A DNA stretch of 64,000 nt from Octopus sinensis (Eukaryota): NCBI RefSeq assembly GCF_006345805.1, contig NC_043006.1, positions 65,410,001-65,474,000 of the forward strand. Direction: 5' to 3'. Positions 37,876-51,109 of the stretch are shown piece after piece. The notes beneath the pieces were generated by a model. That model did not search any database. It was not told the origin of the DNA and saw only the letters and a program-made list of their open reading frames with translations. The first letter of the stretch is position 1; the number at the start of each line of letters is the position of its first letter. A program made the translations under genes and the position numbers.

Positions 37876-38654
37876 TACATAAGATTAATTACATATCCGT
37901 AGTCATGTGGAAATAATAAGTCCCTTCCCTAACCAAATGTCACACCAGAAACACCAGTTTCCACTTCTCATGGCACTAACATTAATCTCTTTGTGCTATG
38001 GTTCCCAATTTAGAACAATGTTGACGCATACCAACATAACCTATTCGAGTGACAATCCTTCGTGTCATATGAGTTGGTCTTTGTAATGCAATCAACACGC
38101 AGCGTTGTGATTGGCCTCTTTTTTTGTCTCCGTCGAAACGCTGCCGGAAGTAAGCAAGGCCAAAATTATTTGGAAAAATGAAAATTTTTTTGTTATGTCC
38201 ACAAACGAACCTACCTACATACAGCCTGAATTGATTCAGACAACTGGCGACTCTCATCTACTCATACAACGTTTTCTTCAAATTCATGCATTAAACAGAT
38301 TTTTTTTTTACTTCTAGTTTGTATCGACATTTTATGACCTGCCCTGGTTTCAGTTTGTGACAACGACCTTGTTATATAATATGATTAATGTCCTCACGAA
38401 GCCAATGGATGTGTATATATTTTACATAAGTATTAGCTGACATAAACATAGTACTGTGCCCAGGGGCAGATATATAAAATGAACACACCCACACGTTTGG
38501 TGTTGGATTAACTCAGAGTCGCAAGAGACTGTCGCGACTAATAATAACTTCCAAATCACTGTCAATACTATTCTTCTTAAAGAATAATAATTTTGTTCTC
38601 TACCAAATGTATTAAGTAATCCTCCAATTTAATGTAAAAATGGTAAACACACAC

Positions 38655-38915
38655 ACACATTTTTTTTGTCTGAGTCCTTAGCCTGCGACCATGCTGGAGC
38701 GGTTTGGTCAAACAAATCAACCCCCAATACTTATTTTTAAACATCGTACTTCTATCAGTCTCCCTATGCCGAACCGCTAGATCACATGGGTGTAAACAAA
38801 CCAACACAGAATGTCAAGCGGTGAGCAGCAGTCACAATGCCGCGCAATGGGACTGAACCCGGAACCATGCAGCTGGAAAGTAAACGTCTTACCACACAGC
38901 CACGCTTGCGCCTAT
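38655..38915 (-). mobile_element. family A SINE (core-deleted)
   Basis: GGGACTGAACCCGGAACCATG..ACCACACAGCCACG. Confidence 0.75.
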
Positions 38916-38921
38916 TATATA

Positions 38922-39320
38922 TCTCTCTATATATAAACGGCAGTTTGTCTGTCTGTGTGGCTGTCAGGTTGTACCCTCATCCTGACCATGGCTTTCAACC
39001 GATTCTGATGAAACTTACACACACATAGCCCAATGTCATAATACAAAACTAACGCAGCGAAAATTTTGAAAAGCTCCCCCAGTTCTGAAAAAAATTGATA
39101 AATTCGACATGGGGTCGAGAATCTAAGCTGTTTATATGCAACACATTGTCTGTCGGGAGACAGCGAGGAACATCGTATACATAGAAGTATTCGAGTGAAG
39201 AGAAGACATTGCAACCTACACATGCGCCTTCGTTCCCTAGAGGGAAAGAACTAGATTGGGATTAGTCGTTGCGTACTAGGGGCTCTTACATACCCGGGCA
39301 ACGCCGGGCTATGCTGCTAG
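38922..39320 (+). mobile_element. non-autonomous Helitron
   Basis: 5' A|TC..TATATATAAA start; 3' hairpin CCCGGGCAACGCCGGG followed by CTAG|T; no TSD. Confidence 0.8.
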
Positions 39321-40228
39321 TATATATATATATATACACACACACACATATACACACAGAATTTACAAAAAAACGAAAGACGAAGACAGGTGTATAAACA
39401 ATGGTAAACAGAGAGAGTGCCGACATTATAAAAGTCTTCTAAACATTCGAGAGAACGTGAAATAATTCATTTTTGAAATTATCTGAGTACCGGCACACAA
39501 AAAACAAAAAAAACAAACAAACTAAGTAATTAGAGCTTGTTCCTTTGAACGGTACTTGAATTACTTGTTTCTTAATTAATGTGTGAATACCTGAGCATTT
39601 CACGCGTTGCTTGGCGTAATTCTCAGGTACGATTAGCGTGAAACTGTGTGCGACAAGGTCGTAACTATAAATCAAAAGTACAATCCATCCGGTGACCTTT
39701 TGTACACTTTCTGCGCATGCTATTTCTCTCACAAGGTATCGTTCAGATTGAAGGCTTTAGAAAATGAAACTTGCTTAAGATTCCAAGCAGTAATATGGAA
39801 CTCGAGACCTCGTGGTTGTGATGCGAACTTACCATTTGTTCATACGGGCACATACATATATGTGTGTGTCTGTATGTGTATGTATGTCATTCAGTTTATT
39901 TCAAGATTTCTTGCCAATAGAGGAAGAACCGGTTTCTAACCTAGATCCAAGGCTCATTCATTGGAATTTCAACTTGAACAACATGCTATTTTTGTTTGTA
40001 TGTATGTGCAGATTTGTATGTTTTATGTATCTATTCTCATGCATATAGTTGCATATTTAGACATGCTCATATATATTTAAATGATAAACTTCTGGAAAGT
40101 TTTACAGATTTTTATAGATGTATGTATGTATATGAATGAGAAATTAAGACAAACGTGTTTATATTAGTTCCATTTAGATGCTTGACCAGAACGGATCATC
40201 AGAGAACATTTTATTGCATTATGCGTGT

Positions 40229-40290
<62 letters not shown>

Positions 40291-40429
40291 TGGCCTGTTC
40301 ATCTAGCAAGCAGGGTTGCATCACTCGAAAGCTAAAACACTGCGAAGAGCATTGTGACCAGCGATGTATATCAATATCAGATATTCTGCTCGATAACGTG
40401 TGTGTGTGTGTGTGTGTGTGTGTACATAT

Positions 40430-40670
40430 GCATTGTAAGAAGTTTGCTTCTCAACCACATGGTTCCAGGTTCACCTTTGGACAAGTGTTTTCTACTACAA
40501 TCTCGGACTACCTAAAGCCTTGTGAGTGGATTTCGTAGAGGCAAAAGAGACTGATAGAATAAGCACCAGGTTTAAAAGAAAAAAAAAAGAACTGGGATCG
40601 ATTCGTTCGACTAAAATCTTTCAAGGCGTGCCCCAGCATGACCGCAGTCTAATGACTAAAACAAGTAAGC
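40430..40670 (+). mobile_element. family A SINE (deleted)
   Basis: CCACATGGTTCCAGGTTCA..GGACAAGTG..GACTAAAACAAG. Confidence 0.7.
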
Positions 40671-40672
40671 GA

Positions 40673-40708
<36 letters not shown>

Positions 40709-41757
40709 ATTTCAAGGAGACCAGTGTTGATGGTAAAATCGACAAAAACAGTAATGAATTTGCCATGTGGTGTGGAAAGTTCAACGTTTTGGACATAAAT
40801 CTTCGGATAAAAATTGATTGGTGAGAAATTAAAGAGCGACAGCAGGGTTTTACATCTTCTTAGAAAAAAACAGGCTATACTCCCCACGGCGAGTTCACTG
40901 TGTGATTTATATAATGTCGATTATATCATATACATACAGAAGCTGTAAAGTTTTAGGTATATGGAGGATGGACTCTCGTAATGTTAATGATTTCGCAAGA
41001 TGTACTTTGTAACGTGTAATGTAATAATTTCATATGTGATTTAAAATCGTTACTTCTTGAGTTTTAGGGAATTTCTTGCATTAAAGCTATCTCGTCTTGA
41101 ATTAAAAAATTTTCATGATTCAAAAACAGGCATTTCCCTAAGTGACTCTTCATTACAAGGGGATTTTAAAGGTCTGTGGTTTGCATCTAAAAAGAAAATT
41201 GCCTATTTTTCCATTCCGTTCTCGACAGTATGCCAGCCTTTGGCAGCTAACACACTCCTTATTGTTGGTTTGATACAGATCTATACCTTGTAATTATTAA
41301 GAGGAGATGGACATATTTAATGCAATTAGCATCAATAATATAATTAAGAAATACTAATTTGGTGAGCAGAGTAAACCATTAGCTCAATGGCTGATATCGT
41401 TTTTATCATTTCGACATGTAGGGGAAACAACACCGGAAAATTTTCTGTATTATTAGGCCTCTTCAGTGAAGCGCAGACTTCGCCGTACTTGCTGAAGTAG
41501 TGTTGGCAGAATATAGGATGACTTAGTAATTACTGTAACCCAAGTAGGTGTGGAAAATTATAGTAATATTTTAGAAATAATTAATAGGGACAGAAGCAGC
41601 ATTAATACCAAAATTTATTTATCCTCACTTAAAAGTGGATTTTGTGTTAGAACACAGAATACTATGTTATTTACCTTGAGAGAACCTCTCATATGGACTC
41701 GTGGTGCATAAAAGCACTCGTGTTTATATCGTTAGCGGGCGATATATGGCAGTAGTA

Positions 41758-42276
41758 CATTTATCCTCGTTTATCATGGTGGTTTGGTTCTAAATGAGTC
41801 ATCTCCATTTACGTCCCCGTAAATAAAGTGCATGGAGTTTGTTAGGATCAGGCATGTTAGTAGGGAACGAATAGTAGATTCATTGACACCAAATTCGCGG
41901 CTCACAGCAACGAAGCTTTCACCGTCTCGTATTTTCTTGATCATATCTGGCTTTTCCTGTAGAGAATACTATCGTCTGAGCTGTGTGTTAGGATCCACCG
42001 CTTTCATATTTTTTCTGATCACTGGTCTGACGTTGATGGGTACGAATAGGTAAATCCGTATAAAAAAATATATACTGCCTCGCAGCACGTTGATGTAAAC
42101 ACAAGCGATAGTCCGTGGATTCTGGGTAGGTTGCGGGGACGCGTTTCTACGGTACTAGTAAATTCTTTAACTGATCGCCGACCCGTGCTATCACGGATCA
42201 ATCCGTGATAAGCCTAGCATGGTTAATAATTGAGTGTACCATGTTATTACGGATCAGTGATAAACGAGCCTACATA
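41758..42276 (-). mobile_element. internally deleted pogo/Tigger element with CENP-B/psq HTH remnant
   Basis: Minus translation SLQEKPDMIKKIRDGESFVAVSREFGVNESTIRSL (upstream in-frame stop); TIR core CTCGTTTATCA, TA flanks. Confidence 0.85.
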
Positions 42277-42764
42277 TAATAGTGCTATCCTAACTCGAGT
42301 AGGCATGGAAAATTGAGCATATTTAGAAATATTCAGTTTTCAAGCGAATGGTGTCGCTGGGTGAGTCGCAGTGCTTTGTTATGTCCCCCACCCGAGTGAA
42401 CTAAGAAGCTTTCTACCAGGAACGTAACTAAACACCGGTAGCTGGTTTGAACTCCTGACCTATAAAAATGTTTACCCCAAATACTTCGTCAGCTGTTCGT
42501 TGATCATAGGTTGAATGAGAGGCGTGTTATAGCTGTCCGGTGACGTTTGCTGTTTATTGGTTTATTTTGCAGCGAACGCACTAAAAATTGTCTAGTAGCT
42601 TTTAAATCATTGCTATTGAAATAAGTTCAAATTAAATTTGAGCTTAAAATACCTTCAATATCCATATTTGTATAAGTATTCTATTTGTTGCTTTGTCTCT
42701 GACACGATTTCTTTTCATTATTTACCTCCCTTCTTCATTTTATACTCTTCCTCAGACTTTACTC

Positions 42765-43120
42765 TTTACTCTTTTACTCGTTTCAGTCATTTGACTGTGG
42801 CCATGCTGGAGCACCGCCTTTAGTCGAGCAAATCGACCCGAGGACTTATTCTTTGTAAGCAAGCCTAGTACTTTTTCTATCGGGCTCTTTTGCCGAACCG
42901 CTAAGTTACGGGGATGTAAACATACCAGCATCAGTTGTCAAGCGATGTTGGGGACGCACACACACATACACATATACGACGGGCTTTCAGTTTACGTCTA
43001 CCAAATCCACTTATAAGGCTTTGGTCGGCCCGAGGCTATAATAGAAGACACTTGCCCAAGGTACCACGCAGTGGGACTGAACCCGGAACCATGTGGTTCG
43101 TAAGCAAGCTACTTACCACT
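42765..43120 (-). mobile_element. family A SINE, near full length
   Basis: TTTCAGTCATTTGACTGTGGCCATGC..ACACTTGCCCAAGGTACCACGCAGTGGGACTGAACC. Confidence 0.85.
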
Positions 43121-43494
43121 TCATTTTACCTCTTTCATTATTTATTCTCTTTTCTCTGTAACTTCTTTCTTTCTTATAATACTTTTAATGATAATAATAA
43201 ACCGACTTCATGACTTCGTCGTGACTTTTAGTTATATCCGCTTTGTTGCTATGTTACCACTAATATTTCGTAGGCATTGGACAAATCAGAGACATTTGCT
43301 ACTATGTTTTCATATAAACGATAAGGTCTCATTGTAATAATATCCTCGCCTCTCGCAACCTACATTATATTTGCTTTGTTTGGCGCAACATGCATTGTAA
43401 CCGCCATGTTTTTCAATGTTTTTTGTATATAGTATGCGCGAATCCTTCTGGATAATGAAGAAAGAATTTCGAAACGTTCTTGCTAGTTCTAGAT

Positions 43495-43811
43495 CAGTGG
43501 AACTTAACCGAGGTTCTTATGATCCATGGGGTTCCCGCAAGTAAAATAGTACATTGGGGATGCACAGTCGTATTCTAAATGTTCATGAAAATTTTTCTTT
43601 TGATGTATTTATAGTGAGGAATAGCTAAGTTTCTTTCTCTAACATTTTACGAAGTTCAACTTACACAAGTTATCGTGTGCAAAACAAGGTCGGAATTTTG
43701 AAAAGAACATCGATAAAACTAGTTTTTACTCATCGAATGGGGTTTGAGGATCCACCAGAATAGAATGGTGATCAAAGAGGACCATAGGCAAAAAATGGTT
43801 GAGAATCACTG
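43495..43811. mobile_element. hAT (Charlie-like) MITE
   Basis: TTCTAGAT|CAGTGGAACTTAACC .. GGTTGAGAATCACTG; right TSD degraded. Confidence 0.65.
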
Positions 43812-44099
43812 TTCAATACAATATTTTAAATATGTTTATTTGTCTCCACTCGTTTTTCTTTTCTTTTTTAATTTTTTTTCTCTGGGATCACTGTGTAGTT
43901 TAGACGCTATACTCCAGATTCGAGTTTTGTAGCATCATATCTCCTTGCAGAACGGTCTTCCATTCTGCCTTAAAGCTCTTAATTCTAATGAAACGGCTGT
44001 TAGGTTTGTTGTGCATGACCATAGGCTATGGGTGATCTAATAAAAAACATTGTAAGACGTATTGCCACTCGTATTTTCGTATCACTTTCGTAATCATTC

Positions 44100-44830
44100 A
44101 GTAGTTGCGTTGCCCAGAGTGAAATAGCTATTGGTCACTTTCGCAGGCAGCATAAAAATATCCGAGTGAAAAGGAAGGTATCCCTGAAATGTCAGTAGTA
44201 GGTGGCGAATGTTAATCTTGTTTCCGTAGTTTCTTCTACCTGATCGTCGTCAGGTCTTACCCCAGTTTTCGTTTGAATAGGTTAGAGTGTCTGCTCTTTC
44301 ACCTTTTCTGGAAAGAAGCGCCCCTCTGAACTGAGCGCCTGTCTACTGGAGAACTCGTTATGCAATCTGCGGCATCTGAAGAGATATCTCGATGATTTGT
44401 GATGGCCGTTAGTGAGGTATAATTTCTTGCAGCGTAGCTCGTTTCTTTAACTGAAATGCAGCCCTGGGTTTAGCGAAGATCGAGATTGGATGCCTGGCAG
44501 CTAGAATGTTGTCATTTGTTCAAAGTATTGAACGCGACTGGCATTAAGCCAACACTTGTATAGAATGTAGTGCTCGAACGATATTTTCGGAAAACTCTGG
44601 ATATCAGTGAGAACTAACTGAAAAGCTTACTCTGAGGACTTTTCAGTGTGGCAGTTATGGACAAGTTCCAGAAATCCTTCATCTGGCAGTGCTACTGGCG
44701 GGCATTGCCGATTCGTGACCAACTCCAAGATGTGTGCAGAACTATGAAACTGTTCTGTACGTAGTCATTCATTGTCCGAGCATTGCTGACTCGTAGGGTT
44801 GATCAGCTGTTGTCGCGTTTTGGACGGATC
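44100..44830 (+). mobile_element. degraded Tx1/L1-clade LINE ORF2 C-terminus
   Basis: NLRHLKRYLDD; MDKFQKSFIWQCYWRALPIRDQL and QNYETVLYVVIHCPS (zf-RVT LAW..ALPVRD..ETVxH..xCP pattern), frameshifted. Confidence 0.8.
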
Positions 44831-47800
44831 TAGATATCAACCAAATCAACTATGAGGATTTCTCTACCTCTTTTCTTTGGTCTAGAAAAACGGGCAATTT
44901 TCCTCTGGTGACCATGGCAAAAGAAATTGTATGATAGACAAGATAAAAAGGGCAAACGAACACCTTTCTCTTTGGCCAAGTTTTCAATGTGAGATTGGTG
45001 AGAGGGGTGCTGTCGCCAAGTGAATTTATTGAAATGTGAGTTAGAATACCGAGACTGATCTATGTGAATATGTCTGTTTTCCATTTACACCTGCAGATCA
45101 GAGAACGTTACTGGTAGACGGTAGGGTAACTCAGGATTTCTGGGCTTCTTTGATTGGCCTTAGGTGGATGTCTCCTCAAGGGAAGATATCCATTCCAGAC
45201 CATAAAAAAACTTGTTTTATATACGTTTTTTTTCTTATCATAGTCAATTATGCGTATATACAATATATTTTGGTGATTGTAATTTGTGCTTCACTCGTCG
45301 CCCTTGTGGCAAATGAAAGAAATCCTTATCGTTATTATTAATTTTAAATCATTTGTTAACATTCAGTAGGTTTGTCACCTGTATGATGACAGTGATTTGC
45401 ACGTCTTAAATACGTACGGCTGCTGCTTAATGGCGACATTTGAAACAGCTCGTTATTAAACGTGATCTCGGACGCCATAAAGCGATTATAAGAATTCGCA
45501 TTATTGGCTAATAAAAACAAATCGAGAAACGGGAAACAAACAACTGGAACTGTTCTAAATCGTCTGTCTGTCTGAAGTATCTGTGTAATAAAGATGTGTT
45601 CGTAACGTCTTGAGTGAGTGGCTGCTTAACAGCAGATTATGCTTGTAGTATCAATTGGTGATTGTTATCCCTGTTACAGCGTTCTCTGCTGGAAATAAAA
45701 TGACATTCATATGGGCAATTTTGAATCAATAGAATGGAGGGCTTCCTTGAAGAAGAAATCGCTAAAACTTCAGTCACACTTAGTTTTTGAAATGCTTGTT
45801 AAGGCAAATAAATCACCGCCGTCGTCGCCACTGCATGAAAAGAACAGGAACAGCAAACTGACGGCTATGTGTAATATCATCAAATTCTACGCATTATTCT
45901 TAGTGACATGGAAAAATGGCTGACATAAATGAGTGATAGAGCAAGGCGTGTATTTATTATTATCATCTCCGCACTTAAAAATCTCAGACTTCATGTCTAA
46001 GAAAAAAATAAATATATTATACATATAATTATCATTAAGAAATCATCTTTGTCGTCATTTACTATTAAAGAAATTATTGTTATTATTGTCGAAGACAAAA
46101 ATATTTTCGTTTAGCCATTTAGCAATCCAGTACGAGTGGTGAAAAGGGTGGGCTTTGATTAAGCCAGCAGGCAAAACGTTGTGCGACCAAGTGGATAGAG
46201 TGGCTTGTACCGCTGAGTTAATGGCGGAGGTCATGTGTTACTGACGCGTGTATGTATGTCGTATGTTTGCGTGTGTATGTATATATGTATGTTCTATGTT
46301 TATGTCTCTGTGTGTGTGTGTATATATATATGTATATAATTAGCTTTCGACAAGAGGTATGCATTCAGTTCTTAAGCATTTTTCATTAAGTTGATATATA
46401 AAACTGATTAAGCATACATATTACTTCACATGTCACCACGCGAGCTTTTGTATTTTATGTGAAGTTTGTACGCGTGTGTATTTTTACACACGTTTATCAA
46501 TTTGAACTTTGAATCAGCCTACACCACTTATAATGTATTAAGCACCTATTTGGTTTTCTTTTTTTTTTTAATTTCTGCAGTGGAGGGGCGATATATTTGT
46601 CACCTATTAAATTCCCGACATGTTCTACAAAACGTTGAAAAATCAATCCCAAAAAAACCCCAGAGAATAATATAAACAAGAGATCATGTCTTGCTACTTT
46701 AAACTTGAGATTTCGTATACTGTTTGGTAGCCACTGCTGTTAGTCTATCCCCTCCTCCACTTGCTTTCAATTTATAAGAAGACAGCATTGAAAGGGACGA
46801 TGTATGACTTCTCTCTCTTCTTTTCTTTCTTTCTCTCTCTCTTTCTTCTACTCTGTCTCCATGCTCCTCTCCCGACAGCAGATGCTGAAAGAGGTGCGGA
46901 ATAATGTGACTATTTATTGATCATTTCGATGCATGTTAACTCAAATGTAGATCTGCTCTCGCTTCTTTTGAGATTGTTGAATATCTGACATCCATTAACA
47001 TGGACTCGCCCTTTCGACCTCTCATGTCTGTCTGCGTTCTATATATATATATATATATATAAATATATATATGTATTTTTATGTGCCTATGTCTCCATAT
47101 GTGTATGGGTGGGTGTGAGACATATACAGATATATATTTATACACACATACATAATGTGCAGATTGATACATACGCAAAAGCACGTACATTTTAATAAGA
47201 TAGGCAATAAAGAATAACATTTTATTTGCTTGTTATTATTATTGTTATTATTATTATTATTTAATTGTGCTTTTAATTACTTCTAAAGGTTTATGTTTTA
47301 TTTGCAGGTCACTGCCTTTTGTTTTACATTTTTTGTGTTAGCAATCATTCCCCGACATTTTTTTTTTGTCTCACCTCTTCTGCTCCTCAGCACGACCACC
47401 ACTTTCAACCGTACAATAAAGCTCCGAGCCAAAGAAGGTGCCTCTACGTGGTCATTTAACATTGTAGAAATAGCAGCCACATTTCTCTCGCTCTCAAAAT
47501 GCACCCCCGTTACTCTGCACCTAAGAAACAGATGAGATGGTCACTGTTGGGATGTCTCTTACATGTCTACTTGCTCAAGGATGACCTGGGGTTAAACAAT
47601 AACATCATTACGACTATTTTGCTCTCTCTCTCTCTCTCTCTCTCTCTCGTTTCTAGAACTTTCTGCACCATCTGCTTCGGTTGCCTGTTGGGCAACTTGC
47701 AATTCTCAGAGAAGATTCTACGCAGTCACATGATATGCTGGAAATAGCAGCCGAATCAGTTCTCAAACCACCCCTTACCGTCTTAAATAAAGCTACAGTG

Positions 47801-47899
47801 GAAAGTGTAATTGCGTGTTAAAGTTAGTGTCGTCAAATTATGTTATGAGCAACAAATATTTACTGACGAAAGGACTCAATACTTTTAACGGAGTCAAAT

Positions 47900-48400
47900 T
47901 TGGCGTAGCTATGTGGTAAAAAGCTTGCTTCCCCACCACATGGTTCTGTGTGGAACCTTGGGCAAGTGTCTTCTATAGCCTTTGGCTGACCACAACCTTC
48001 TGAGTCGATTTGGTAGGCAGAAACTAAAAGAAGCCTGTTGTGTGTGTGTGTGTCTGTGTGAGAACCTACCTCTTGACAACTGGGGTTGGGGTGTCTACGT
48101 CCCCGTAACTTAGCGTTTTGGCAAAAGTAACAGATAACAGTATTGGGGTCGATTCATTCAACTAAAAATTTCTCAAGGCGGTGACTCAGCATGGCCACAA
48201 TCTAATGAAACAAAAGATGGTGGGTTGAGTGGGTTTATATACGTGTGTGTGTGTCCATGTTTGGTTTTCCCTTCACTACTTGCTAACCTTAGTGGTTCGA
48301 CATAAAGAACGATTAAATAAGCGCCAGGTAAAAAAAAAATTTAAAAGGACTGAGGATGATCTGTTCGGCTGAAACTCTTCAAGTCGTTGCCCGAGCATGG
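47900..48400 (+). mobile_element. family A SINE with duplicated tail
   Basis: CCTTGGGCAAGTGTC core; two GGTTCG/GTTTTGGC..AAGGCGG/AAGTCG..CAGCATGGCC tails. Confidence 0.65.
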
Positions 48401-48699
48401 CCGCAGCCGTTTTTGCCTTTCTCATCGTTTTTGTCCGGGTTTATGAAAACCGAAGTTAAATCTGCGTTTTGGAGAAACCACTTTAAAAAGATTCTATTTC
48501 AACTGATCCGGGAATGTTGATTTACTCAGAATTATTACATTCAAGCAATTCAGAACATGGTTCGAGTTGAGCCCCATAAAACTGTTCCCCTTAAAACATG
48601 AGTCACATAACCTATGAGCTTCTTGAAAACCCGTGCTCCCCTGCACAATTGCAGTCAGGTGCCAAACAACAGCATACTGCTTGAAGCATAATATGGTAA

Positions 48700-49110
48700 A
48701 TAACGTAATGTGTCAGTTCCGGTAGTTGATGATCAGAAGCGGAGAGGTTGGTAAAACTGCCAAACTCGCCGTCTTCATTTCGGTTTTCGTGTCTCTCCTC
48801 ATCTGTGGTCAAGAATCTTATGTAATGATCGAAAGAGTACGATCGCGAATGCTAGCAGTCCAAATAGGGTTCCTGCAAAGTTCTCTGGAGTAACATTATT
48901 CGACAGGGTGTATAGCTTGGAGATCAGGGAGCCTTTTTAGATCGAGCTGCTACTTGTCTGCATTGAGAAGCGAGTTTATGTATTTCAGACGTTTGATTAG
49001 CATTTTGCAGGAAAAAATCGCCACACAGTTACTCCAAGCCGACCAAGGAAGGAATGGCGGGAGACCGAGGGATAGATTATGAATGAGATGGTTGGGGAAT
49101 ATTCATAATA
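48700..49110 (+). mobile_element. degraded RTE-clade LINE ORF2 3' end
   Basis: KLAVFISVFVSLLICGQESYVMIERVRSRMLAVQIGFLQ (LTYGxESW..EMxFLR motif) and GRNGGRPR..MRWLGNIH (GRPRxRW). Confidence 0.85.
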
Positions 49111-49167
49111 TCCGGAAGGGGCAACATGTTCGGCCTAGCAAAGCTTGTGTTTTCGGTAATCTGCATT

Positions 49168-49204
<37 letters not shown>

Positions 49205-49899
49205 GAGAGAGAGAGAGAGAGAGAGCGCGCGTGCACACCAACAACCACACACACACACACACACATATGTATGTATATGCAGTTCATACTCTAATGTAAC
49301 CTTATTTGCTTTTTCAGAAGTATTGAGTTCTTTTATATTTCTTTCGTAAATACAATTATAAACACACTCACATACACGCGGCTAGAATCAGTGTCCAGCC
49401 CAAACCGAGCTTTATAATCGCGAACGTCACGTTTATTTAAGACGCAGTATATCTCGAACTGTATTATGCGCTCTCCCGCCGCCTTTTTTTCGAGATGATG
49501 TGTGATTTGGTGGAGATTTGGGTGCTATATCTAGAAATTAATCAAACGCGCAGAGGCTCCCATGTTGGCGCATTATTGTAACGTTTGTTACGTTACCATT
49601 CACACACACACGTATGTATGTGTGTGTGAAAACCTAGTAGACTATTTCTACGTAGATTGAAAAAAAGAAAACCGATGAACAGTCTTAATCAATTTTCGAT
49701 TCTTATTGTGCTCTCATCAGCGTTGTCTACATCTTTTGACCAATCAATCCAAGAGAAATTAGCTTCGAGCTACTAATATATAATATATTTACTGTATTAA
49801 TATATAATATATTTGTTCTTTATTGAGGTTCTAAATTCTGGTACGGTTAATCCTTGTCTAGGGATTCCTAATTTACAGAGGATTTCTTGCAGGTCTATT

Positions 49900-50150
49900 A
49901 CAGTTGCTTATAACGGCTCACGATCGTAAGGTTGTGACTTCGATTCCAGGCGGTGCTTTGTGTCCTACTCAGCTGGCAAAAATGTACATGGGATTCAGAG
50001 GACCAGCCTTGTCACATTCCTTAAGGGTACGCGTGTCTGTGGATTGCTCAGCCACTTGCATGTAAAGTTCAAGAGCAGGATTTTCCTTTGATCGAAACAA
50101 ACTGGAACCCTCGTCGTCGTAATGGATAGAGTGCCATCGGAGTTGTTAAT
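49900..50150 (+). mobile_element. SINE with tail type 2 (shared with 61866-62230)
   Basis: CCAGCCTTGTCACA..GCTCAGCCACTTGCA..CTGGAACCCTCGTCGTCGTAA. Confidence 0.7.
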
Positions 50151-51109
50151 TTATTCTAAAGGAATGCTTTTATTATCTTGTATGGAGAGACGTAGATCTT
50201 TTTTGTTTTCTTTCTCAGGAACCCTTCTGTTTGGACAATGCAGATTATTTTCTCAAATTTCCAAAACTTTCAGTGATCAGAAAATATAATCTTGTAATTG
50301 GTACCTGTCATGAACCGAGCTCGATTCGATTGGCTACACTCTCGCTCTCCTACAAATGCAAGAAATAAAGATTATATTGTTACTTTTTGTCTTTTGATAT
50401 AGTTTGAAAAATCACGAATATCTCAGCTTCAAAATCTTCAAACTCCATACCTACGTAACAAACAGACCTTGTTAAATTTCTTCCAACCACTTGCAATATT
50501 TGAAAATCTACCAGATTTTTTTCATATTTTCTACACTGATGTAACTTCTTTATGATTAATTTCTTAAAAAAAAAAAAATGAATGTGATCTTCGTTATCAG
50601 CATGCAAAACTACGTCTTTAGAAAATAATCTGGTGAAAATTTGAAATACTTCAAGTAGTTGGAGGAAATTTTACAAGATCCTAACAAACAATTGTTAGTA
50701 AGTATATTTACTGGCAATGATGTGGTAAATTTGAATGAATATCGTACCTTTTGTAGATCAGTAATGACCACTTGGTAGGGCGTTGTCATGCCGCAGTAAA
50801 ATGTTTGGTATACAGTTACCGATCTAGTTTTAAATTCTGTATTTGTTGGCATAAAAGACGCGTTTTAATTTCTGCAGCGCATATCCAGGAGAAAATGTTT
50901 TTAGTGCTTTACTGCATTAATTAATAACTTTGCATGTAGGACTCTGGGTAATTTTTTTTAAGTGCTGGTGGGATTCGTTCAAATATGGTACTTATTGTTT
51001 AACCCTACGTCAGTCCTGATCACGCATGTTGATAGGTACCCCAGCCATAAGACTATATAGTTCGATGTATCTAGGTTTTTTCTATTATGTTTTCTAAAAA
51101 TTTATTTTA

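Noticed and set aside
37982-38317. Overlapping ORFs, possible transposase fragment
   Set aside because: No recognisable DDE or HTH motif in any frame I translated.
39920-39970. Minus-strand stem-GAAA-CCGGT hammerhead-like fragment
   Set aside because: CTGANGA core absent; at most a decayed Penelope-type end.
47391-47437. Possible plus-strand exon after a polypyrimidine tract
   Set aside because: Weak donor (GTGCCT) and adjacent to a common repeat.
49681-49730. Minus-strand CTGATGA..GAAA hammerhead-like spacing
   Set aside because: Stem II only about 2 bp and stem I does not pair.
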